Positions 19,078 to 27,258 of a stretch of 62,419 bases of DNA are shown one piece after another. Below the pieces are notes generated by a model, which saw only the letters and a program-made list of their open reading frames with translations, did not search any database and was not told the origin of the DNA. The stretch spans positions 7,974 through 70,392 of the forward strand of contig CAZBPH010000001.1 in assembly GCA_964493645.1 (NCBI GenBank), read 5' to 3'. Position numbers and translations under genes: made by a program. The stretch comes from an uncultured Heliobacteriaceae bacterium (GTDB taxonomy: Bacteria; Acidobacteriota; Blastocatellia; RBC074). Positions within the stretch are counted from its first letter, which is position 1, and each line of letters opens with the position of its first letter.

Positions 19078-21105
19078 ATGCTTATGAACAGACGTGAAAT
19101 GATTTTGAAGAGCAGCGCGCTGGCGGCGGCTCTTTGTCCACTGACTGGCAATGCGATGCTCATGGCGCCCGGCGTATCGCAGGAAACAGACGGCGACCGC
19201 AGCATTCGCAACTATATCGCCGCAAACGCAGTCGAACTCGAACGCGAGTTTCTGCCGGGAGTGATTACGGCTGCCGACTTTGAAAAGCATCGCCAATCGT
19301 TGCGTGAAGAGCTTATCGATATGCTGGGGCTCAACCCGATACCCGAACGTACGCCGTTGAATGTAACAATTACCGGCACAATCGAACGACCTGGTTACAT
19401 CATCGAGAAACTTCACTTTCAGAGCCTGCCCGGTCTATATGTGACGGCCAACCTTTATCTGCCACGTCCTGATCGTGCCCGGCCAGCCAATGAACGCTAC
19501 CCGGCGATTCTCTATCAGGTCGGCCATGCCAACCAGCACAGACGTGATGGCAACAAGGCAGCGAATGAGTGCCAGCAGCACGGCAGCTGGTTTGCCACAC
19601 ATGGTTACGTCGCGCTGGTCGTGGACACGCTTGAATTGAGCGAGATCGCGGGCCTGCATCGTGGGCTGCTCGGTGGAGGCCGCTGGTGGTGGCATTCGGC
19701 CGGCTACACACCCGCCGGCGTCGAGACCTGGAACGCGATTCGCTCTCTGGATTATCTGACAACACGGCCCGAGGTCGATCAATCGCGTATCGGTGCGACG
19801 GGGATCTCAGGCGGCGGGATCGGGACATTCTGGATCGCAGCCATCGATGAGAGGGTGAAGGCCGCCGCGCCTGTCAGCGGATTGGGAGATCTGACTTTCT
19901 ACGCGGCCGAAGACGGCATCAGCCGTCATTGCGATTGTTTCTTTTTCTACAACCGCGCACGCTGGCACTGGGCGACTGTCGCAGCGCTCGTTTGTCCGCG
20001 TCCGATGCTCTTCGTCAACTCCGACCACGACACCTATTTTCCGATGGGCACCAACGAACGCATCAGCGCCCGGCTGGAAAAGCTTTACGCTTTATACGGC
20101 GCGAGCGACATGGTTGACGCGGTCGTCAGTGTCGGCGGGCATGGCTATCGCACCGATATCCGCCGTGCTGTCTACGAGTTCTTCAATCGTCACTTCAAAG
20201 TCGATGCCCGGCGCGTATCGGATGCCGACGCATTTATGAATGCCGACGGCAGCCCACTGATTGACCGCAAACTGCTTCGCGTCTTCCCGGAGGAGACCGA
20301 CTTTCCGAAAGACAGCATCAACACAAGGATCGATGAACTGTTTGTCGCGCCGGCAAAATCCACCCTGCCTGCGGCCGGACAGTACGACTTGTGGCGACGG
20401 AATTTGCTGGGTCGTTTGCGCCAGGCCTCATTTTCAGCGTGGCCTGCGACGGTGACTGGTGTCTTCATGCCAGCCCTGGGAAGCGAGGTGAGGTCGGCAA
20501 AAGAGACCACCGAGGAAGGGATCGAAGTTTACTGGCGCTGGCTGCCGGGCAAAATCGACTCGCGATGGTTGATCGTGCTTAACCCCGATGAAGATTCCGG
20601 CAAGCTGCCGGAATGGGCGCGCCGGATTGTCGGAGATGATTCCGTGCTGCTGCTCTGTCCGCGCGGCGTGGGTCCGGTAGCGTGGGCGCGCGAGGAGTTC
20701 CCCTATCCGATTGAACGTTCGATGGCTCTGCTGGGCGGTACAGTTGATAGCGGTCGTGTGTGGGATGTGATGACCGTTGCCGGTCGGCGGGTGGAAGCCG
20801 GTGTTCACTGGAGGGCGGCAGGTCGCAAGCGCGCAGGAATCGTGGCGGCTTACGCGGCGCTTTATCAGCCTGCCATCGAAGCAGTGGTCGCTGTCGATCC
20901 CCTATTTTCGCATCGCCCGCGAACCCAAGGAGGAGAATACGGGCCTCCGCTGTTGAACGTACTGCGCGTCATGGATATTCCCGAAGCACTCGGCTGCCTG
21001 GCGCCGCGTAAACTGACACTCATCGGTGCGACAGATGCAGCTTTTGATCGAACTGCGGCGATCTATCGTTCAGCCGGAGCGGTGGACAATCTTGAGAGAA
21101 GATAA
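19078..21105 (+). CDS. Exported two-domain alpha/beta hydrolase (acetyl-xylan-esterase / S9-like), paralogue of 27259-29451
   Basis: 675-aa ORF with a Tat-like N-terminus (NRREMILKSSALAAAL) and nucleophile elbow GISGGG. ERTPLNVTITGTIERPGYIIEKLHFQSLPGLYVTANLYLP aligns with the 27259 protein. Confidence 0.75.
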   Translation: MLMNRREMILKSSALAAALCPLTGNAMLMAPGVSQETDGDRSIRNYIAANAVELEREFLPGVITAADFEKHRQSLREELIDMLGLNPIPERTPLNVTITGTIERPGYIIEKLHFQSLPGLYVTANLYLPRPDRARPANERYPAILYQVGHANQHRRDGNKAANECQQHGSWFATHGYVALVVDTLELSEIAGLHRGLLGGGRWWWHSAGYTPAGVETWNAIRSLDYLTTRPEVDQSRIGATGISGGGIGTFWIAAIDERVKAAAPVSGLGDLTFYAAEDGISRHCDCFFFYNRARWHWATVAALVCPRPMLFVNSDHDTYFPMGTNERISARLEKLYALYGASDMVDAVVSVGGHGYRTDIRRAVYEFFNRHFKVDARRVSDADAFMNADGSPLIDRKLLRVFPEETDFPKDSINTRIDELFVAPAKSTLPAAGQYDLWRRNLLGRLRQASFSAWPATVTGVFMPALGSEVRSAKETTEEGIEVYWRWLPGKIDSRWLIVLNPDEDSGKLPEWARRIVGDDSVLLLCPRGVGPVAWAREEFPYPIERSMALLGGTVDSGRVWDVMTVAGRRVEAGVHWRAAGRKRAGIVAAYAALYQPAIEAVVAVDPLFSHRPRTQGGEYGPPLLNVLRVMDIPEALGCLAPRKLTLIGATDAAFDRTAAIYRSAGAVDNLERR

Positions 21106-21159
21106 TTGAAGAGTGCAATGACTTCCCTATCGAATTTGATCAATCCGGAGTAAGCAAAA

Positions 21160-22920
21160 ATGAAGGCCTCAAAATTATGCTGCTTTTCGCTCGTGATTAT
21201 TCTGTCGTGTCTTCCGACCAACGCTGGCAAGGCATCAGATCCGCTTCCGGCCGCATATTTTCGCTTGCTCGAAGCCGGCACGGCCAAAGTCGAGCAGCGA
21301 TTGATGGAAGAACCTGATGCCGACCTGAAGGCTCTGGAAGCTCGTGAAGGATGGCGTCACTTCCCCTATGCCATCCTCGCCCCAGCGGTGCTTTATGCAA
21401 AGAGACATCAGGCCAATCCGCGCTATGGCGATGCGAAAATGCTCGCGCTCGCCATTCGCATCGGCGACTTGCTGGCGAGTGAGAACGAAAAGGGAGTTTA
21501 CGAGCCGCGCCTCGACAGCGACTGGGACACCTATATGTGGCTTGAAACATATCGCCTGCTTGAGCGCGAATTGGGAGCCGAGCGTAAGGTGCGATGGAGG
21601 CGCGGAATCGAGCAGAACGTCGCCCTTCTGGTAACTGATACGACCGAAAGAGTTGATTTTCCCTGGTACCACTCGCCATTCATCGGCACATCTCCCAATC
21701 ACTATGCGCAATGGGCGTCCTTGTTGCACCTCGGCGGGCTGGTCTTCGGCAATCGTGAATGGGTACAACTGGGGGCTCGCGTGCTGCGTCGCTTTGCGAT
21801 GACCGAACAATCTCCCGACGGCTTCTGGGGCGAACACAACCGCTCCGGCCCGACAACAGGATACAACCATCTCACGCTGACCGGGGTGGCGCTTTATTAC
21901 GAACACACCAAAGATGCCGCAGTCATCCCTGCTCTGCGGCGCGCAAAGGATTTCCACAAAAACTATACTTTCCTGAATGGAACGGTTGTGGACGTGATCA
22001 ACGACCGCAATCGTCACTGGGGTGTGAGCGCCTGGGGGCAGTTCGCCTTCACGCATTTTCCCGATGGCCGCGGTTACGCTGCGTTCCTGACAGGCTTTTT
22101 CAAACCGGAGTCGCTGACGGTGGATCAGATTGGTCGGCTCGCACAGGATGCGCTCTACTACCACGAAGGCCCAATCACTTCGGCGCCGCAAGAGATGCCA
22201 CGCTATGAACATCAGATGAGCATCCCCACTGGCATACGCAAGACCGGACCGTGGCAGGTAGCGCTTTCCGGTTTGATGAGTACACAGGCGATCAACAGCC
22301 AGTATTACCTGGACCGTCAGGGTCACATCAGCGTCTTCAATAAAAAAACCGGTTTGATCATTACAGGAGCAAATTCTAAACGGCAGCCCGATCTCGCGAC
22401 CTTTTCAGAAAAAGTGATGGGCCAGACAGTGCATATGCCGATCAGCACGCGGTTGCAGATGAGCAAACCACAGGACCGACTTTCACTCGCATACAACACG
22501 TTCTTCAGTGATCTGTATATCCCGTCGCCGACCGAAAACGAACTGGTCCTGCGTTTTGTTTTGACGGGGCGCGGCCGACCCGCGGAGGACCCGCGTTTGA
22601 CGCTGCAATTGTGCCTGCAAGCCGGTGAGACAATGGAAACTGGAGGTGGCAGGAAGTTGACACTCGGTTCGGAGCGGATTGATTTGAAACCAGCTGAGAT
22701 CGGAGGCTGGATCAGCCATCACGGCTGGAAATTGAAGGTCGATCCGACGGCACGGCTTGTCTGGCCAGTCTATCCGCACAACCCGTATTCGAACTCCGCT
22801 GAGACTGATATCCGATATGCAGTCGGCGCCCTGAGCGTCCCCTTACAGTTGAAATCGCAGGCAGGGCGATATATTCGAACCAACGAGCAGGAGATCGTGT
22901 TTGTACTGGAGGTCAAATGA
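21160..22920 (+). CDS. Secreted protein of unknown family
   Basis: 586-aa ORF with signal peptide MKASKLCCFSLVIILSCLPTNAGKA. The N-terminal half is rich in aromatic residues and His (YHSPFIGTSPNHYAQWASLLHLGG, GFWGEHNRSGPTTGYNHLTLTG) and the C-terminal half looks beta-rich. I recognise no named family. Confidence 0.6.
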   Translation: MKASKLCCFSLVIILSCLPTNAGKASDPLPAAYFRLLEAGTAKVEQRLMEEPDADLKALEAREGWRHFPYAILAPAVLYAKRHQANPRYGDAKMLALAIRIGDLLASENEKGVYEPRLDSDWDTYMWLETYRLLERELGAERKVRWRRGIEQNVALLVTDTTERVDFPWYHSPFIGTSPNHYAQWASLLHLGGLVFGNREWVQLGARVLRRFAMTEQSPDGFWGEHNRSGPTTGYNHLTLTGVALYYEHTKDAAVIPALRRAKDFHKNYTFLNGTVVDVINDRNRHWGVSAWGQFAFTHFPDGRGYAAFLTGFFKPESLTVDQIGRLAQDALYYHEGPITSAPQEMPRYEHQMSIPTGIRKTGPWQVALSGLMSTQAINSQYYLDRQGHISVFNKKTGLIITGANSKRQPDLATFSEKVMGQTVHMPISTRLQMSKPQDRLSLAYNTFFSDLYIPSPTENELVLRFVLTGRGRPAEDPRLTLQLCLQAGETMETGGGRKLTLGSERIDLKPAEIGGWISHHGWKLKVDPTARLVWPVYPHNPYSNSAETDIRYAVGALSVPLQLKSQAGRYIRTNEQEIVFVLEVK

Positions 22921-24950
22921 TCCGGGTACGAAGCGCTGCAATCCTTCTGGTCATCTTCCTGCCGCTGCAATGCGCTATCCCAGCCATTGAGGCCGGGATG
23001 CAAAGACCATTTTTCGACCGCACGCATAGTTCAAAAGTCTTTGGCGGGCCGCGTCATTACCGCATCTTTCTGCCACCCGATTACGAGGCCAGCAAACGTG
23101 CCTACCCTGTGATCTATTATTTTCATGGTCACAGTGACCGTTACACTTTGGAACATTATGACAACGGCACGGACACGGTGCCGAAGATCGTCGAGTTCGT
23201 ATCCGCTCACCCTGTGATCGTAGTTGCGGTTGACGGTTTTGTACCGAGCGATTACACAGGCTTTTACGGCGGCACTCCGTGGGACATTCTTGAGAAGGGT
23301 GGAGATTTCGATTTCGGCATCTATTTCAGCGAACTGGTTGCGCACATAGATGGGACATATCGCACGCTGACATCCCGCCGCGCTCGCGCGATTTCAGGAT
23401 TGAGCATGGGCGGATTTATGAGCCTGTATCTGAGCGCGCGATATCCTGATTTGATTGGCAGCGCATCGGCATTCAATCCCGGGCCGGAATTTTTTGCGGG
23501 AGAGAAAGGGCGCCGCGTGTTGTGGCGACCGAAAGATCACGTCGCCAATCATGCGCGAACCAAAGTGCGGCTGATTCGGGCCAGCGGCGATTACATCAGC
23601 CAGTATCACGAAGAGACGCGTGAGGCATATGCACGGTCGGACGAAGTATCGTTCGAGTACCGGCGTGATGAATACCACCGGCATTGGGCGACGTCAATCG
23701 CCGAGACGTTCGATTTCCACATGAAAGCCTTCGCTGATTCGACTCTCGATAATGTGCCGGAGAAGTGGAGTCACGATAATCCTTACCCGGCTTTCGAGGT
23801 CTGCCGATATCGCATAGAAACGCAAGGCGTCGAGCCGGGATTCACCTGCCTTGAGGACGTAAATCAGAGCGGCCTGCGTGTAACGACACGCCGCTGGGCG
23901 CCGGATGGGCCGCCCGTGGCGCAGCGGCGAATCGAGATCACGACCGCGCCGCTTTATCAGCCCGATACGCCGTATCTGGTCATGGACCACAATCTAGCGA
24001 ACGGTGTCACCGCAAAAAGTGAAACGCGCGCAGACAAGGAAGGTCGTCTCACCCTCAGCATGGATGGCAACGGTCATCAGATAAGCATCGTGGGTCCCGG
24101 CACGGGCGGGCAGCCTCCTGTGGTTTTACCTCTGACTATGAAAGACAAGCTTCGTCTAGCGCCGGATCAGGAACTGTCACTGCCCGTTCGCATCTACAAT
24201 CCGCGTGGGGTTGCAATGGATGATATCCGTGTGACTCTGACGAGCGATTATCCGACAGCCAACATCGTGTCAGGCGAAGCGACAATCAACAGGCTTGAGG
24301 CAGGTGCGGCGACAAATATTTCCGGTCAGATGAGTATACGCTTCACCGCCGGCGCTGGTTACTTTGCTCCGACGCGGCTGATGCTCACGCTCCGATACGA
24401 TGGGTGGCATTCGGTGACGAAGAATATTGATGTGCTGGTAATTCCGGAGCTGATCGAGCCAGCGCGCGAGTTGATGATACTTGATGGCCGCACTGCAAAC
24501 CTCAACGTCTTTCGCCAAAAAGGCAATCAAGGCGGAGGCGCATCGTTGGCGCGGACTGTCACCGAAGGTAAAGGCAACGGTAATGGCGTTCTGGATCCGG
24601 GCGAGGAGGCCACAATCTGGGTGCGAGTGCGACAGGGACTTGATCCGTTCGACAAGAACAACTGGTATCGCGCCAAGATCCACACAGATTCTCACTGGAT
24701 CACTGAAGTTGCCGATCTTCAAGAACAGAAACAACTCGAGTGGACAAGCGCCAAAGAACGCACGAGCCTTATCCGCCTTGCTCCAGACACTCCACCGGGC
24801 ACGACTGTCCCGCTTTTGCTTGACAATGAATCGTGGAGCTACACCTGGACACCCGATGTCCGTTATGGCGCCGAACGGCTATACCAGGCATTTCAACTCC
24901 ATCGCCACCACCTGCATCGCTACGAGTTGGTCGTTCCGGGCAAACTTTGA
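22917..24950 (+). CDS. Esterase-family alpha/beta hydrolase (PF00756-like 'putative esterase') with a large C-terminal beta-rich extension
   Basis: 677-aa ORF whose ATG overlaps the upstream stop (ATGA, 22917-22920), with GGAGG RBS. Motifs include YPVIYYFHGHSD and the nucleophile elbow GLSMGG. Confidence 0.75.
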   Translation: MIRVRSAAILLVIFLPLQCAIPAIEAGMQRPFFDRTHSSKVFGGPRHYRIFLPPDYEASKRAYPVIYYFHGHSDRYTLEHYDNGTDTVPKIVEFVSAHPVIVVAVDGFVPSDYTGFYGGTPWDILEKGGDFDFGIYFSELVAHIDGTYRTLTSRRARAISGLSMGGFMSLYLSARYPDLIGSASAFNPGPEFFAGEKGRRVLWRPKDHVANHARTKVRLIRASGDYISQYHEETREAYARSDEVSFEYRRDEYHRHWATSIAETFDFHMKAFADSTLDNVPEKWSHDNPYPAFEVCRYRIETQGVEPGFTCLEDVNQSGLRVTTRRWAPDGPPVAQRRIEITTAPLYQPDTPYLVMDHNLANGVTAKSETRADKEGRLTLSMDGNGHQISIVGPGTGGQPPVVLPLTMKDKLRLAPDQELSLPVRIYNPRGVAMDDIRVTLTSDYPTANIVSGEATINRLEAGAATNISGQMSIRFTAGAGYFAPTRLMLTLRYDGWHSVTKNIDVLVIPELIEPARELMILDGRTANLNVFRQKGNQGGGASLARTVTEGKGNGNGVLDPGEEATIWVRVRQGLDPFDKNNWYRAKIHTDSHWITEVADLQEQKQLEWTSAKERTSLIRLAPDTPPGTTVPLLLDNESWSYTWTPDVRYGAERLYQAFQLHRHHLHRYELVVPGKL

Positions 24951-24963
24951 GAGGGGAAAAACC

Positions 24964-25854
24964 ATGAGTCAAAAAAGAATTGCATGCACCATCCTGTTGG
25001 GTTTACTGGTGTGGGGCCTGACTGAGACAATCGCTCGGGCACAAAACGCTCCGCGTTATGTCGATGCGCATATACATTACGATGAGCGTCCGAACTTTAT
25101 AGAAGATTTAGTTCGCATATATCGTAAGAACCAGGCCGTCGCCTGTCTGTCAGCAAAGCGCGGGCATTTCGACAAACTGAAGGAGGCTGCCAGAAAGTAT
25201 CCCGATGTGATCGTCCCATTCCTATGGATTGAACTGGATGAGAGCGACGTACTCGGCCAGATCGATCGCGCATATGCCGCTGGTTTCAGAGGATTGAAGA
25301 TACACAGTCCGTTGAAGAATTATGACGATCCGAGCTACTTTCCCGTCTTCGCGCGCGCCGAACGTTACCGCCTGATTGCGTTGATGCACACTGGCATCAG
25401 TTCTCGCCCGAACAATAAGATACCTAGTCTCACGGGCTCGATGGCCCGGATGCGACCGATGTATCTGGACACACTGGCGCGCGCCTTTCCAGAACTGATT
25501 CTCATCGGCACTCATTTTGGCAACCCCTGGTACGACGAAGCGGCTGAAACAGCGCGATGGAATCCAAATCTCTTCTTTGATCTTACAGGCAGTTCGCTGA
25601 TCAAAAAGAAGGACGAGCTGACCATCTTCAAAAAGTATCTCTGGTGGGGGCAGACAAGCGGGCAGGAACATATGCCTGTGGGAACGCCGCATGCCTTCGA
25701 GAAGCTGGTTTTCGGCACCGATGAAGATCCTTTGGAATTGGAGAAACTGATCGCACAATACAACCGCTTGCTTGATGCGTGCGAAGTTCCCGACTCTGTG
25801 CGGCGCAGGATTTTTGCCGAGACTATGATTCACATCCTGAAACCGGGCCAATAA
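24964..25854 (+). CDS. Secreted amidohydrolase-family (TIM-barrel metal-dependent hydrolase) protein
   Basis: The track ORF begins at 24481 inside the previous gene. The in-frame ATG at 24964 (RBS GAGAGGGGA) gives signal peptide MSQKRIACTILLGLLVWGLTETIARA/Q followed by the H-x-H motif YVDAHIHYD. Confidence 0.7.
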   Translation: MSQKRIACTILLGLLVWGLTETIARAQNAPRYVDAHIHYDERPNFIEDLVRIYRKNQAVACLSAKRGHFDKLKEAARKYPDVIVPFLWIELDESDVLGQIDRAYAAGFRGLKIHSPLKNYDDPSYFPVFARAERYRLIALMHTGISSRPNNKIPSLTGSMARMRPMYLDTLARAFPELILIGTHFGNPWYDEAAETARWNPNLFFDLTGSSLIKKKDELTIFKKYLWWGQTSGQEHMPVGTPHAFEKLVFGTDEDPLELEKLIAQYNRLLDACEVPDSVRRRIFAETMIHILKPGQ

Positions 25855-25916
25855 AATCCATTCCTGAATTTGCACGCCTGGACAATTTCGTAACCGGTAT
25901 TGAACGAGGAGATGAG

Positions 25917-27248
25917 ATGGCTGATAAAAAAGAATCTATCACCCGGCGCGATTTCGTGGCCGGTGGCGCATCGCTGGCGGCGACAACTGTCATTGCCGGA
26001 TGCACGAATGCTGCGCAGACCTCGCAGAAAATAAAGATGGCGATTGTCGGCACAGGCTCGCGCGGCTCTTTTACCTGGGGCCAGGAAGTTGTCAAAGGTT
26101 ATAGCGACGTTGTCGAGATCGTTGGCCTGTGCGACATCAATCTCAAACGTGCCGCAGCCGCGCAGAAGTTGATCGGGGTGAACGCCCCGATCTTCACAGA
26201 CTTCGACCGGATGATCAGAGAGACGCGACCCGACAGAGTAACGGTGACAACTCCCGACGGCACGCACGCACGTTACATCATCCGCGCCATGGAACTGGGT
26301 TGCGACGTGATGAGCGAAAAACCGCTCTGCACCGATGAACAACAATGTCAGGCGATTCTCGATGCCCAGAAGAAGACCGGGAAGCACATCACCGTCACTT
26401 TCAACGCGCGCCACGGATTGAAAGACAAGAGAGTGAAAGAGCTTTTGCTGCAAAAGGCAATTGGCGAGGTGATCTCCGTGGACTTTCACGAATACCTTGA
26501 CACCAGCCACGGCGCCGATTACTTCCGCCGCTGGCATCGAAAGAAAGAGAACTCAGGCACTCTGCTGGTCCACAAAGCATCCCATCATTTCGATCAGGCA
26601 AACTGGTGGCTCGATTCGACGCCGGTCGAGGTCATGGCGCGTGGCGATCTGAAATTCTATGGTCGCAACAACCGCTTCCGCGCCACCAACTGTCGCAACT
26701 GCCCGCATAAACAGCAGTGCCAGTTTTATTGGGATGTTACGAAGAACCCGCGGTACGTCAAACTCTATACTGAATGCGAGTCTGAAGACGGCTATCTGCG
26801 TGATGGTTGCGTGTGGAGCGAGGATATCGACATCTACGACACGATGTCAGTAGTTGTTAAATATGAGAATGGGGTGACGCTGAACTACACTGCCAATACA
26901 TTTCTGCCATACGAAGGTCAATCGATATCGTTCAATGGAACGAAAGGGAGAATTGATTACCACGACTTCAGAGGTGGCGGATTCAGAAACGACGAGTTGC
27001 GATTGACGCGAAGCTTCGGAAAATCCGAGCCCGTGACCGTCACCGAAGAGCGACGCACGGGTGGACATGGCGGCGCTGACGGGTCATTACATGATCTGAT
27101 CTTTCGCGGCGCACAGCAGCCTGATCCACTGGGATTGCGCGCCGACTTGCGTGCAGGTGCACTGGCAAGCCTGATCGGCATCGCGGCGTATCACAGCATC
27201 GAGCGAGGTGGTCAGATAATCAAAATCAAAGACCTGGTCAAACTGTAG
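25917..27248 (+). CDS. Tat-exported Gfo/Idh/MocA-family oxidoreductase (possibly an NAD-dependent glycosidase, GH109-like) with a Cys-rich insert
   Basis: ATG at 25917 (RBS GAGGAG) gives MADKKESITRRDFVAGGASLAATTVIAGC, a twin-arginine signal. It has the Rossmann start KMAIVGTGSRG and the EKP motif (VMSEKPL). The Cys cluster CRNCPHKQQC..C..C lies at 26691-26810. Confidence 0.8.
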   Translation: MADKKESITRRDFVAGGASLAATTVIAGCTNAAQTSQKIKMAIVGTGSRGSFTWGQEVVKGYSDVVEIVGLCDINLKRAAAAQKLIGVNAPIFTDFDRMIRETRPDRVTVTTPDGTHARYIIRAMELGCDVMSEKPLCTDEQQCQAILDAQKKTGKHITVTFNARHGLKDKRVKELLLQKAIGEVISVDFHEYLDTSHGADYFRRWHRKKENSGTLLVHKASHHFDQANWWLDSTPVEVMARGDLKFYGRNNRFRATNCRNCPHKQQCQFYWDVTKNPRYVKLYTECESEDGYLRDGCVWSEDIDIYDTMSVVVKYENGVTLNYTANTFLPYEGQSISFNGTKGRIDYHDFRGGGFRNDELRLTRSFGKSEPVTVTEERRTGGHGGADGSLHDLIFRGAQQPDPLGLRADLRAGALASLIGIAAYHSIERGGQIIKIKDLVKL

Positions 27249-27258
27249 AGGTGCCCGG

